A stretch of DNA of 29,323 bases from a virus. Taxonomy: Duplodnaviria; Caudoviricetes. Both the position numbers and the translations under genes were made by a program. A model generated the notes under the pieces. The model did not search any database. It was not told the DNA's origin and was given only the letters and a program-made list of their open reading frames with translations. The stretch covers positions 1-29,323 of IMG/VR virus record IMGVR_UViG_3300045980_000043; one strand, 5' to 3'. This document shows positions 8,796-18,410 of this stretch, piece by piece (the first letter of the stretch is position 1; the number at the start of each line of letters is the position of its first letter).

Positions 8796-8808
8796 GAAGG
8801 AGTCACAC

Positions 8809-9729
8809 ATGCCCACCTACGCGCCACCCGCCACCACAGTCGACGGACGGAAGTTCACCGTCCACTACCTCATCAACCACCCCGAGGTGCTGCAGCGCGT
8901 CGTGCAGACGCTCGCCGCGCAGCGGATGATCGGCAGCCAGACCCTCACCGGCCGCATCGACATGACCGGATCGGGCGCCGTCGCGTTCACGACCGGCGAG
9001 CCGATCATGGTCGACGACGAGCCCGAGGAAATCGGCGAGCTCGGCGCCTATCCGCTCGTGGATGACGACGAGGGCGAACTCTCCCTCGCCGCGTCCATCA
9101 AGCGCGGCTTCGCGTCCCTGGTCTCGGACGAGAACGTCTCCCGCAACCGCTACGACGTGCTCAACAAGAAGGTCCGTCGCATGGTGAACCGCATCATCTG
9201 GCACCACGACAGCCTGGTGCTCTCCGCCGTCGGATCCGCCGTGTCGAACACGACGACAGCGAAGGGCGCGTGGGCGGGCGACAACTCGGACCCCTACCGC
9301 GACATCCTCCTCGCGTGCGCCGAGATCGACTCGCTGAACGAGGGGTTCACGGCCAACACGGTCCTGCTCACCCCGATCAAGCACGCGATCCTCATGTCGC
9401 GCCTGGCGACCCTGTTCCCGCGCGCGCTGGGTGACTCCTCGACGATCGAGAACGGCCGTCAGCTGACGGTGGTCGACGGACTCACCATCCTGCGCACGAC
9501 GAACCTCCCCACCGCGACGGACGTGATGGTCCTCGACCGGAACGCTCTCGGCTCGATCGGCTTCGAGCGTCTCGGCGGCGGCTACCTGGGCGACCCCTCG
9601 GACCCGTACGGCGTGGAGACCAAGGTCAAGCGTGACGACGATCACGACGGCTGGAAGATCCAGGTCCGCAAGACGGGCGTCCCGATCGTGCAGGAGCCCG
9701 CGGCCGCGCGCAAGCTGGTGGGTGCCTAA
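8809..9729 (+). CDS. major capsid protein
   Basis: 306 aa, AAGGAG RBS, EIGELGAYP motif, canonical position. Confidence 0.85.
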   Translation: MPTYAPPATTVDGRKFTVHYLINHPEVLQRVVQTLAAQRMIGSQTLTGRIDMTGSGAVAFTTGEPIMVDDEPEEIGELGAYPLVDDDEGELSLAASIKRGFASLVSDENVSRNRYDVLNKKVRRMVNRIIWHHDSLVLSAVGSAVSNTTTAKGAWAGDNSDPYRDILLACAEIDSLNEGFTANTVLLTPIKHAILMSRLATLFPRALGDSSTIENGRQLTVVDGLTILRTTNLPTATDVMVLDRNALGSIGFERLGGGYLGDPSDPYGVETKVKRDDDHDGWKIQVRKTGVPIVQEPAAARKLVGA

Positions 9730-10016
9730 TGGCCGCCCGCAAGAAGGCCACCGCCGCCGACGGTTACGTCGGCAAGGCGCCGCTGACCATCGTCAAGACG
9801 ACGGCGGGCCAGAGCGTGTACGTCTACGCCGGCAAGAAGGTGCCCGCCGACGTGCCCGAGGCTGAGCTGAAGCGCCTCCACGATGACGGCTTCATCGCCG
9901 CCATCGAAGCCCCCGCGACGAAGACCGCCGCGCGCGCTCCCCAGAGCGACCAGAGGACGCCGGCCGGTCAGAAGACCGAGGGCGACCAGTCGGGCGCTGC
10001 CGGCACCGACGACTAG
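9729..10016 (+). CDS. small head-associated hypothetical protein
   Basis: TAATG coupling to capsid; VPADVPEAELKRL...GFI motif. Confidence 0.7.
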   Translation: MAARKKATAADGYVGKAPLTIVKTTAGQSVYVYAGKKVPADVPEAELKRLHDDGFIAAIEAPATKTAARAPQSDQRTPAGQKTEGDQSGAAGTDD

Positions 10017-10029
10017 GAGAGGAGACGCG

Positions 10030-10326
10030 ATGCGCTACATCAGCAACGTGCGCTGCGTCGTGCGCGTGGAGGGGCAGACGGTCACCGTCGACCCCTCCAC
10101 GCACCTCCCCGAGGGCGTCGCGGAGGAGGAGCTCGCCCGCCTCCTCCGCTTCAACGTCATCCGCGAAGACGCTCCCGATCCCGACCCCGACCCTGTGCAG
10201 ACCCCGGAGCCCGAGCCGGAGCCCGAGCCGGATCCGGAGCCGGAGCCTGAGCCTCTGGTCGTGAAGCCGGCGCGCAAGAGGAAGGCGCTCGCTGCGGGAC
10301 CGCCGCCGCAGGAGCGGAGCGAATGA
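10030..10326 (+). CDS. small hypothetical protein, likely paralog of the previous gene, with PD/PE-repeat tract
   Basis: AGGAGAGGAG RBS; LPEGVAEEELARL; (PE)n tract at about 10175-10255. Confidence 0.65.
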   Translation: MRYISNVRCVVRVEGQTVTVDPSTHLPEGVAEEELARLLRFNVIREDAPDPDPDPVQTPEPEPEPEPDPEPEPEPLVVKPARKRKALAAGPPPQERSE

Positions 10327-10778
10327 CGCTGTCGGGCGTGGCCGCGGAGGTCACCAAGGGGATGGTCGGCGTGCTGCTCAAGGAGCGCCCGCCGGACATC
10401 CTCGACCGGACGTACGGGGATCCGCCGGTGAGCATGTTCGAGGAGACCGTGCGGCAGATCGCCGCGGAGGTGCTCCCCGTGGCCGGGCCGGATCCGAAGA
10501 ACGCCGCCCGCGACCTCACCGTGCAGTGCATCGCCTACGGCGTGGCGTCGAACATCGAGTATGCCGAGTTCCCCGAGCAGCAGTCGGCCGGTGACACTGG
10601 CCGCGGGTACTTCCTCGGCAAGCGGTTCAGGGAGCTGCTCGACCAGCTCACGGGCATGTCGAAGGACGGCAGCGGGAGCGGCGGCGTGAGCCGCGCCACC
10701 TTCCCGCCTCCCCAGCCGTATCCGGATCCGTTCGGACGGCCCCCGCAGTATCGCCACGGCCTGCGCGGGCGCTGGTAG
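10323..10778 (+). CDS. putative head-tail adaptor
   Basis: Position and size; IEYAEFPEQ motif. Confidence 0.6.
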   Translation: MTLSGVAAEVTKGMVGVLLKERPPDILDRTYGDPPVSMFEETVRQIAAEVLPVAGPDPKNAARDLTVQCIAYGVASNIEYAEFPEQQSAGDTGRGYFLGKRFRELLDQLTGMSKDGSGSGGVSRATFPPPQPYPDPFGRPPQYRHGLRGRW

Positions 10779-11182
10779 TGGCGACCTTCCACATCGTGTG
10801 CGGGTCGCCGTGCGCGGGGAAGTCGACCTACGTCGCCGAGCACGCCGAGCCCGGTGACGTCGTCCTGGACTGGGACGAGATCGTCACCGACCTCGGCTTC
10901 CCGCCCCGCCATCATCACGTCGACCGGTCGCTGCTCGGCCCCGTGTCCGACGAGTGGCGTCGCCGCATGGCCGCCGCACGGGAGGCCGACGGCGCGGTGT
11001 GGGTGATCCGCTCCAAGCCGCGCGCCGCGGTGCTGCCGCTCGCGCGGTCGCTGGGAGCCGACGTCATCGAACTCACCGCACCGCTGCCGGTGCTCCTCCA
11101 GCGTGCCGCCGAGCGGCCGCATCCGGAGGAGCACCGCCGGCTCATCCTCTCGTGGCACGGGAGGTATCGCCGCAAGAGATAG
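10778..11182 (+). CDS. small P-loop kinase/AAA_33-like ATP-binding protein
   Basis: IVCGSPCAGKSTYV Walker A, VVLDWD, LLQRAAER lid-like motif. Confidence 0.75.
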   Translation: MATFHIVCGSPCAGKSTYVAEHAEPGDVVLDWDEIVTDLGFPPRHHHVDRSLLGPVSDEWRRRMAAAREADGAVWVIRSKPRAAVLPLARSLGADVIELTAPLPVLLQRAAERPHPEEHRRLILSWHGRYRRKR

Positions 11183-11190
11183 GAGCCGCC

Positions 11191-11682
11191 ATGGCGCAGA
11201 AGCCGCCGCAGACGCGGATCGGCGTCGAGCTGAACACGACGCTCGGCACGAAGGTGCTCCGCACCGCGGCCGAGAACCTCGACAACCGGCCCCGCATCCT
11301 CTCGATCGTCGCCGGGTTCGCTCAGGAGTGGGAACGCGACGTGTTCGCGGCCCGCGGCACCCCCGGCGGGCGCCGCTGGGCACCGTCCGCGTCCGCCAGG
11401 GGCCGCCTGCTGGAACGCTCCGGCGCGCTGCGCTCGGCGCTGACCGGCGAGCCCCGGCAGATGAAAGCCTCCGTGCAGGTCCGCGCGCCCGCCTACGCGA
11501 AGTTCCTCCGCGCCGGTCGCTACGCGGCGAACTCCGACACCGCCACCGGCGCCCGCCAGGGCACGCGCGGCCTGGGTGGGTCGATGCCGAAGCGCAACCC
11601 GGCACCGCGCCCGCCGAAGGCGCGCGTCGCGATCCTCACCGAGGAGCTGCTCGGCTTCGTCACCCCGAGGGACCGCTCGTGA
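11191..11682 (+). CDS. virion morphogenesis/tail completion protein (Mu gpG-like)
   Basis: F...GTPGGRRWAP, LLERSGALRSAL, YAKFL, MPKR motifs. Confidence 0.7.
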   Translation: MAQKPPQTRIGVELNTTLGTKVLRTAAENLDNRPRILSIVAGFAQEWERDVFAARGTPGGRRWAPSASARGRLLERSGALRSALTGEPRQMKASVQVRAPAYAKFLRAGRYAANSDTATGARQGTRGLGGSMPKRNPAPRPPKARVAILTEELLGFVTPRDRS

Positions 11683-12209
11683 GGGTCATCGGCGGCGACG
11701 ACATCATCCGCGCGCTCGAAGCGCAGCTGAAGGCGAACGTGCCCCTCGTGATCGAGGCTCTCGGCCTCGGGCACCTCGGCGAGGTGAAGACCTGGCAGAT
11801 GGTGCCCTCACCGGAAGCGATCGCCGCCGCGCAGCTGCCGGCTGTCGCGCTCGTGTCCCCATCCATGAACTCGAAGCCGTACCGCTCCCGCGGACAGCAG
11901 ACCGGGACATGGCAGGTCTCCGCCGGCATCTTCGCGCGCGGCGGCGACCACGAGCAGACGCAGACGCAGATTCAGGCGTGGGTGAAGGTGCTGCGCACCG
12001 CGGCGCTACTGACCCCGCTCACCGACACCGGCATCTCGCTGACGTGGGTCGGTGAGGCGTACGACGTGCTCGCCACCAAGCAAGAGGCCCGCACCATCGC
12101 CGGCGGCGAGGTGCAGTTCGACGCGCACGTCGACGTCGCTCTCGACCTCACCGACCTCCCAAACCTCCCACCCCTCCGCTCTGTCCACACAGACGTCCAA
12201 CCCCATTAA
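11679..12209 (+). CDS. putative tail terminator
   Basis: GTGA overlap; directly upstream of sheath; QLPAVALVS motif. Confidence 0.55.
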   Translation: MRVIGGDDIIRALEAQLKANVPLVIEALGLGHLGEVKTWQMVPSPEAIAAAQLPAVALVSPSMNSKPYRSRGQQTGTWQVSAGIFARGGDHEQTQTQIQAWVKVLRTAALLTPLTDTGISLTWVGEAYDVLATKQEARTIAGGEVQFDAHVDVALDLTDLPNLPPLRSVHTDVQPH

Positions 12210-12221
12210 GGAGACCCCACC

Positions 12222-13331
12222 ATGGTGCGTCCTCAGGTAATCGTCAACATCAGCGGGGAGCTTCCTGTCGCCTCCCTGCCCACCGAGACCGGCGTGCTCT
12301 TCTTCACGTTCGCCGGCACCGGCGGCCCGACCACCCCCACCCGCGTCACCTCGGCCGCGCAAGCCGAGACCGCCGGCGTCCCCGCCGCGATCGCCGCGTG
12401 GATCGGCGACGCGATCGCCCAGGGCGCGCCCGCCGTCGTCGTGCTGCGCGCCACCGCCGCCGACGCGCAGGAAGTCACCGCCGAGGAGTGGGATACCGCT
12501 CTCGGCCTCCTCACCCCCTCCTACGGGCCCGGCCAGGTCGCCATCCCCGGCGTCACCACCGAAGCCGCCCGCTCCGCGCTCCTGCAGCACGTCGCCGACA
12601 ACCCGCAGCGCGTGGGCCTCCTCGACGCCCCCGCGACCGCGCCCGCCTCCGAGATCGCCACATCCGCGGCCGCGCTCGCCTCGTCCGCGGGCGCCGAGCG
12701 GACCGGCCTCATCGCCCCGTGGGTGAGCGTGCCCGGCACGGGCGGACCCCGCCAGGTGCCCGGATCGATCATCGCCGCCGGCCTCATCGCCCGCGGCGAC
12801 GGGCAGGTCGGCCACGCCAACCACGCCCCCATGTTCGACCAGGGCCGCGGGGCCGGCTCCGTCCGCGGCGCGCTCGCGGCCTCGTCGGTCTTCTCCGACG
12901 CGGACACGGACGAGCTCTACGACGCGGGCGTGAACGTTTTCCGCGACGTCGGCGGGGTGATCACCCTGACCGGCTTCAAGGCGCTCGGCGGCGACCCGGT
13001 GTGGCGTCAGCTGAACATCGGCCGCCTCACCATGGAGGTCTCCGCGCGAGTCTCCTCGCTCATGTACCAGTACCTCGGCTCGCCGATCGACGGGCAGGGC
13101 ATCCTCCTCTCCCAGATCGGCGGCGACGTCACCGGCTACCTGCTCGACCTCTACAACCGAAACGCGCTCTTCGGCGCCACCCCCGACGACGCGCTGTCGG
13201 TGGTGTGCGACTTCACCAACAACACGCCGGAGACCATCGCCGCCGGCGAGGTGCACGTCGACGTCGCCATCACCGCCGCGACGGCCGCCGAGCAGATCCG
13301 CATCAACGTGGTCACCGCGCTCGCGGGCTGA
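12222..13331 (+). CDS. contractile tail sheath protein (short type)
   Basis: RVGLLD, APWV..P, VPGS..AAGL, LYDAGVNVF, VVCDFTNNTPETIAAGEVHVDVAI...AEQIRI. Confidence 0.9.
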   Translation: MVRPQVIVNISGELPVASLPTETGVLFFTFAGTGGPTTPTRVTSAAQAETAGVPAAIAAWIGDAIAQGAPAVVVLRATAADAQEVTAEEWDTALGLLTPSYGPGQVAIPGVTTEAARSALLQHVADNPQRVGLLDAPATAPASEIATSAAALASSAGAERTGLIAPWVSVPGTGGPRQVPGSIIAAGLIARGDGQVGHANHAPMFDQGRGAGSVRGALAASSVFSDADTDELYDAGVNVFRDVGGVITLTGFKALGGDPVWRQLNIGRLTMEVSARVSSLMYQYLGSPIDGQGILLSQIGGDVTGYLLDLYNRNALFGATPDDALSVVCDFTNNTPETIAAGEVHVDVAITAATAAEQIRINVVTALAG

Positions 13332-13348
13332 CCGGAAAGGAACAGGAC

Positions 13349-13756
13349 ATGGCAACCAACGCTCACGCCATCGTCACCGCGTCGCTGGACGGCAAGTCGC
13401 TCGGCGTGTGGGACACCCGCGCCGGTGGCGAGTCCACCGCCGCGGTCAACAAGTACCGGCCCGGCGGCAGCCGGCAGCGCGTCGCCGACGCCGGCCACCC
13501 CGACGCGGGAGACGTGACCATCACGCGCCGCTTCGACCCCGCACGAGACATCGACGTCGTGCGGCTCCTGCGCACGCGCGTCGGCCTCGGTGTCCTGAAG
13601 GTCACCGAGCAGCCCACCGACGTCGACGGCATCGCCTTCGGCAAGCCGACGACCTGGACGGGTCGTCTCTCCTCCGCCACCGGCGGAGATTCCGATTCCA
13701 ACAGCGACGACATTCGCATGATCACGGCGACCATGGTCGTCACGGGAGTGGTGTGA
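13349..13756 (+). CDS. tail tube protein
   Basis: Follows sheath; GGE....KYRPGG, GDVTITR, DSNS motifs; GGAAAGGA RBS. Confidence 0.8.
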   Translation: MATNAHAIVTASLDGKSLGVWDTRAGGESTAAVNKYRPGGSRQRVADAGHPDAGDVTITRRFDPARDIDVVRLLRTRVGLGVLKVTEQPTDVDGIAFGKPTTWTGRLSSATGGDSDSNSDDIRMITATMVVTGVV

Positions 13757-14268
13757 TGACCGACAACTACAACGACGACTTCGACGCCGAGCAGCACAGC
13801 GGCCAGGTCGACGCGGCGCCTTCCTCGCCCCTGGCGGGCCTGCGCGCGCAGCGTCAGGAGATCCGGGAGAAGCTGCACCTGGATCTGCGCGTGCCGCGCT
13901 ACGAGGACGACGTCTTCGTGCGGTACTCGCCGCCCACGCAGGCGCAGATCAAGCGCCACACCGAGCGGGCCAAGAAGACCCGCGGCGGGGACACCGGCGC
14001 ATTCGTCGAGACGCTCGTGCTCGCCGAGTGCTGCCAGGGCGTGTTCCAGAAGAACGCCTCCGGCGAGCCGATCGGGTCGCCGGAGGAGTGGCCGAAGTTC
14101 GACGCCGACCTCGCGGAGTACCTCGGCGCGCCCGAGGCCAAGCGGGCTGTCGATGTGGTGAAGGCGCTGTACTTCACCGACGGCGACATCATCAGCACCG
14201 CCGCTGGTCTCATGAAGTGGGCCGGCTTCGCGGACGAGCAGGTCGCTGAGGAGTACGAGGGAAACTAG
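13756..14268 (+). CDS. tail assembly chaperone
   Basis: Between tube and tape measure; ends in slippery G GGA AAC. Confidence 0.8.
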   Translation: MTDNYNDDFDAEQHSGQVDAAPSSPLAGLRAQRQEIREKLHLDLRVPRYEDDVFVRYSPPTQAQIKRHTERAKKTRGGDTGAFVETLVLAECCQGVFQKNASGEPIGSPEEWPKFDADLAEYLGAPEAKRAVDVVKALYFTDGDIISTAAGLMKWAGFADEQVAEEYEGN

Positions 14269-14513
14269 CCGGCCACCCCGCCGTCAGAGCGGCGGCGGTG
14301 GCCGGTCTCGCGGGCCGTGACCCGCTGAGCTTCCTCGCGCTCGAGGCGGACGACTTCCGCCTCGAGAACCTCATCATCCAGGAACAGCTCCGCATCGAAG
14401 ACGAGCGTGCACGCGCGTGGATCGAGTACCTCGCGAAGTACATGAGCCAACTCACGTCGGGGTCCATTCTGCGCGGCGTCTCGCGCATCGTCGCATCGCT
14501 GTTCCGGCGGTGA
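14259..14513 (+). CDS. -1 frameshift extension of the tail assembly chaperone (gpGT-like)
   Basis: GGGAAAC at 14259-14265 just before TAG; the -1 frame stays open to 14513. Confidence 0.8.
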   Translation, partial: GKLAGHPAVRAAAVAGLAGRDPLSFLALEADDFRLENLIIQEQLRIEDERARAWIEYLAKYMSQLTSGSILRGVSRIVASLFRR

Positions 14514-14534
14514 TCGTGCAAGGAGGTGCGAGCG

Positions 14535-17500
14535 ATGGCTGTTGTGCTGCTCACGTTCCGCACCTCCGGCACGGCCCGCGCGGCGAAGCAGGCCCGCGAG
14601 GTGGGCGCCGGTCTCGATGACGCGTCCAAGAAGGTCGCCGACGGCGCCCGGAAGATGAGCACCTTCGCCACGGGCATCAGCTCGATCACGGACAAGATCT
14701 TCCCCTTCGACACCGGGGTAGGGAAGATCGCCAAGCGGCTGCAGGACTTCGCCACGGGCCTCGCCAGCGGTGAGAGGACGCTGCCGGCATGGCAGCGCGG
14801 CCTCATGAAGGCCGCCGACGGGGTCCGCGCGGTCGGCTCGAAGATCGCGACGAAGTTCGGCGAGGGCATCAAGGCCGCCGCCACCGGCATCGTCGCGACC
14901 GCGGCCGGCGCGCTCGGCACCGCCCTCGTCAAGGGCCTGGGCCGCCTCAAGGCGCTCGACCAGGCCACGAACAAGCTCGACGGTCTCGGCCACTCGGCCG
15001 AGACCGTCGACCAGATCATGAAGGACTCCCTCGCCTCGGTGAAGGGCACGGCCTTCGGGATGGACGACGCCGCCACCGTCGCGGCCTCCGCCGTCGCCGC
15101 CGGCATCAAGCCGGGGCAGGAGCTGGAGCGCACCCTCAAGCTCGTCGCCGACGCCTCGACGATCGCCGGCACCGACATGGGGTCGATGGGCGCGATCTTC
15201 AACAAGGTCGCCGCCAGCAACAAGGTGCAGATGGATGTCATCAACCAGCTGCACGACGCCGGCGTCCCCGCCCTCGCGTCCCTCGCCGACCACATGGGCG
15301 TCACCGCGGAGGAAGCCTCCAAGATGGCCTCCCGCGGCGAGATCGACTTCGCGACCTTCCAAGCCGCGATGGAGGGCGCCCTCGGCGGCGCGGCCGCATC
15401 CAGCGGCAACACCTTCTCGGGCGCCATGGCGAACGTCATGGCCTCCCTCGGCCGCATCGGAGCGGGCATCCTCGGCGGCGTCTTCCCGAAGCTCGCCCCG
15501 CTCTTCCAGTCCCTCACGACCGCGCTCGGACCGCTCGAAGACAAGGCCGCCCAGATCGGCGAGCTCATCGGCTCCAAGCTCGCCCCGGTGATCGAATGGC
15601 TCACCGACGCCCTCTCCGGCGGGCTCGGCGAGTTCAAGATCGCCCCCCAGATCATCGCGCCCCTCACCGCGGCCTTCCTCGCCCTCGGCTCCAGCGGACT
15701 CGGCCCCCTGATCGGTATGATCCCCGGTCTCAGGCGTTTCGGCGGGGCACTCGGCGGCCTTGCTGGTGGCCCGTTCCTCGCCGTCGCGGCGTTCGCCGGG
15801 CTCGTCGCCGTCTCGCCCGAGCTGCGCGAGGCGCTCGGGACGCTCCTGTCGGCCGTGACCGCGGCGGGCTCCGAGCTCGCCCCCGTCCTCGCCGAGGTGG
15901 GCGAGCTCATCAGCAGCGCCCTTGTCTCCGCCATCGAGATCGCCGTGCCGGTGATCTCGACCATCGTGACCGCGCTCGCCGACTTCATCACGTGGATGAC
16001 CGAGAGTGGCGCGCTGGTCGATTCCCTCACGGTGATCCTCGGCGTGGGTGTCGGCGCGTGGGTGGCGTTCAAGGTCGCCGTCGCGGGCATCTCGTTCGCG
16101 AACTTCCTCTTCGGGATCGGGGCGGCCACCGTCGCGAAGACGAAGGACATCGCTGTGACCACGGCGATCGTCGCGCTGTATGCGAAGGACCTCGTCATAT
16201 CGCTCGCCAAGGGCGCGGCCTCGATCGCCGCGACCACGGCGGGCTGGGTGGCGAGCACCGCCGCTCAGGTCGCGTCGCGTGTCGCTCTGGTGGCAGGCAC
16301 GGTCGCGACGGGAGCGGCGACGGCCGCGCAGTGGGCGTTCAACGCGGCGCTCAACGCGTCCCCGCTCATGTGGATCGTTACCGCGATCGGCGCGGTTGTG
16401 GCGGCGCTGGTGTGGTTCTTCACGCAGACCGAGCTCGGCCAGCAGATCTGGTCGTCGGTGATGGACGCGATCGGCACGGCCGCGACGTGGGTGTGGGAGT
16501 CGATCCTGAAGCCCGTCTTCGGCGCGATCGGCGATTGGTTCGAAGCGACCGTCGAGCGCGTGCGCCTCGGCGTCGACCTGGTGCGGAACTTCTTCCGCTT
16601 CTGGGGCGCCGTGGCCGTGTGGCTGTGGGAGAACGCGATCCAGCCCGTCCTCGGGTGGATCGGTGAGAAGTTCACCGAGGTCACCGCGTGGATCGGCGAG
16701 AAGGTCGAGCTCATCAAGCTCGGCCTCGAGCTGTTCGGGCAGGTCGTCGTCGCTCTCTGGCAGGTGTACGTCCAGCCGGCTCTCGATCAGATCGGGGCCG
16801 CTTTCCTCTGGCTCTGGGAGTTCGGCATCAAGCCGGTCATCGACTTCGTCATCGCCGGCTTCCGCTTCTGGGGCGAGGGTTTCGTCTGGCTCTACGAGTC
16901 GGTGATCCTCCCCGTCGGAGACTGGATCCGGGGCGTGTTCGACAACATCGGGCTCGCGCTGAGTCTCCTCGGGTTCGCTTTCACGTTCGTGTACGAGCAG
17001 TACATCAAGCCGGCGTGGGAGCGGGTCGGCCAGCTCCTCCTGGCGGGATGGAACTTCGTCGACGAGCACGTCTTCGCGCCGTTCGGCCGTGGCATCGACC
17101 TGCTCGTCGAGGGCTTCAAGATCGGCGCGTCCGCGATCGGCACCGCCTGGGAGGGCATCAAGTCCGCCGCGGCGATCCCGATCAACTTCGTGCTTGGCAC
17201 GATCTGGAACGACGGCCTCCGGAGCTTCTGGAACGACGTCGTCACCGAGCTCGGTCTCGAGGACATGAAGCTCAAGAAGGCGCCGCTGATCAAGTTCGCC
17301 GACGGCACCGAGAACCACGTCGCGCAGATCGCCCCCGCCGGGGCGATGCGCCTGTGGGCGGAGCCGGAGACTGGCGGCGAGGCGTACATCCCCCTCGCCG
17401 ACGCGAAGCGGGGCCGCTCGACGGCGATCCTCGCCGACGTCGCCGACCGGTTCGGGTACTCGCTCACCGCGTACGCGGACGGGGGAGTGGACGCCGGGGC

Positions 17501-18410
17501 GTCGGGGAACTGGTTCACCGACACCTGGGACAACATCGCCAGCTTCGGCGGCGACGTCCTCGACAACATCCGGGGCGCTGCGGAAGCCGCGTGGGGGTTC
17601 GTGACCGATCCGATCGGGTCGGTGCAGCGGTCCATCATCGACGGCATCATCAAGCCGCTCCTCGGAGACGACGGGAATGTGTTCCTGCGCACCGTGGGGC
17701 AACTGCCCATCAACATCGCGAAGGGACTCGGCGAGAAGGTCGCCGACTTCTTCGGAGGGATGGGCGGCGGTGAGCCCTCCGACCTCGCCCCGCAGGGCGG
17801 GGCCGGGATGGGCTGGCAAGCGATGTGGCGCATCGTGCAGGGGGCGATCCCCGGCGCGGTGATGACGTCGAACTACCGGCCGGGGTCGATCACCGTCAAC
17901 GGCGGTCAGTCGTACCACGCTCTCGGGCGTGCGATCGACCTGATCCCCGCGACGATGGACACCTTCAACAAGGTCGCCGCGCTGTTCCCGTCGGCGCGGG
18001 AGCTGATCTTCTCCCCGGCCGGGGGCAGGCAGCTCCTCAACGGGCAGCCCCACTTCTGGGGCGGCGCGGTCCGCGCGCAGCACTGGGATCACGTGCACGT
18101 CGCCATGCGCGACGGTGGCGTGCTTCCGATGCTCGCCCGCGGCGGCCCGGTCAAGAAGGGCGAGGAGTACATCGTCGGCGACGGCGGTCGGCCCGAGCTG
18201 TTCGTGCCGGGTGCTGACGGCTACGTGTATCCGTCGGTGCCGGCCACGCCGGGCTACTCCGACGCCGATATCGACGCCTCGCTCGACGAGCTCGACGTGC
18301 AGGTCGGGCCCCGCGGCGACCGGACCATCGTCCGCGTCGTCACGATCGACGGCAAGGTCCTCCTCGAGGAGGTCTTCGACGAGGCAGCAGACGAGGAGGC
18401 GCGCCTGTGA
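14535..18410 (+). CDS. tape measure protein with C-terminal putative Zn-peptidase (M15/Hedgehog-like) domain
   Basis: ~1290 aa; VKGTAFG...A tape-measure motif; periodic W/F helical repeats; SYH..GRAID...HWDHVHVA motif; AAGGAGG RBS. Confidence 0.92.
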   Translation: MAVVLLTFRTSGTARAAKQAREVGAGLDDASKKVADGARKMSTFATGISSITDKIFPFDTGVGKIAKRLQDFATGLASGERTLPAWQRGLMKAADGVRAVGSKIATKFGEGIKAAATGIVATAAGALGTALVKGLGRLKALDQATNKLDGLGHSAETVDQIMKDSLASVKGTAFGMDDAATVAASAVAAGIKPGQELERTLKLVADASTIAGTDMGSMGAIFNKVAASNKVQMDVINQLHDAGVPALASLADHMGVTAEEASKMASRGEIDFATFQAAMEGALGGAAASSGNTFSGAMANVMASLGRIGAGILGGVFPKLAPLFQSLTTALGPLEDKAAQIGELIGSKLAPVIEWLTDALSGGLGEFKIAPQIIAPLTAAFLALGSSGLGPLIGMIPGLRRFGGALGGLAGGPFLAVAAFAGLVAVSPELREALGTLLSAVTAAGSELAPVLAEVGELISSALVSAIEIAVPVISTIVTALADFITWMTESGALVDSLTVILGVGVGAWVAFKVAVAGISFANFLFGIGAATVAKTKDIAVTTAIVALYAKDLVISLAKGAASIAATTAGWVASTAAQVASRVALVAGTVATGAATAAQWAFNAALNASPLMWIVTAIGAVVAALVWFFTQTELGQQIWSSVMDAIGTAATWVWESILKPVFGAIGDWFEATVERVRLGVDLVRNFFRFWGAVAVWLWENAIQPVLGWIGEKFTEVTAWIGEKVELIKLGLELFGQVVVALWQVYVQPALDQIGAAFLWLWEFGIKPVIDFVIAGFRFWGEGFVWLYESVILPVGDWIRGVFDNIGLALSLLGFAFTFVYEQYIKPAWERVGQLLLAGWNFVDEHVFAPFGRGIDLLVEGFKIGASAIGTAWEGIKSAAAIPINFVLGTIWNDGLRSFWNDVVTELGLEDMKLKKAPLIKFADGTENHVAQIAPAGAMRLWAEPETGGEAYIPLADAKRGRSTAILADVADRFGYSLTAYADGGVDAGASGNWFTDTWDNIASFGGDVLDNIRGAAEAAWGFVTDPIGSVQRSIIDGIIKPLLGDDGNVFLRTVGQLPINIAKGLGEKVADFFGGMGGGEPSDLAPQGGAGMGWQAMWRIVQGAIPGAVMTSNYRPGSITVNGGQSYHALGRAIDLIPATMDTFNKVAALFPSARELIFSPAGGRQLLNGQPHFWGGAVRAQHWDHVHVAMRDGGVLPMLARGGPVKKGEEYIVGDGGRPELFVPGADGYVYPSVPATPGYSDADIDASLDELDVQVGPRGDRTIVRVVTIDGKVLLEEVFDEAADEEARL

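Noticed and set aside
3946-8816. Long antisense and alternative-frame ORFs over TerL, portal and protease
   Set aside because: R/G/P-rich shadow frames fully overlapping well-supported genes
14210-18098. Very long minus-strand ORFs (1277 aa, 682 aa) opposite the tape measure gene
   Set aside because: Antisense shadows expected from high-GC codon bias; no motifs and no RBS
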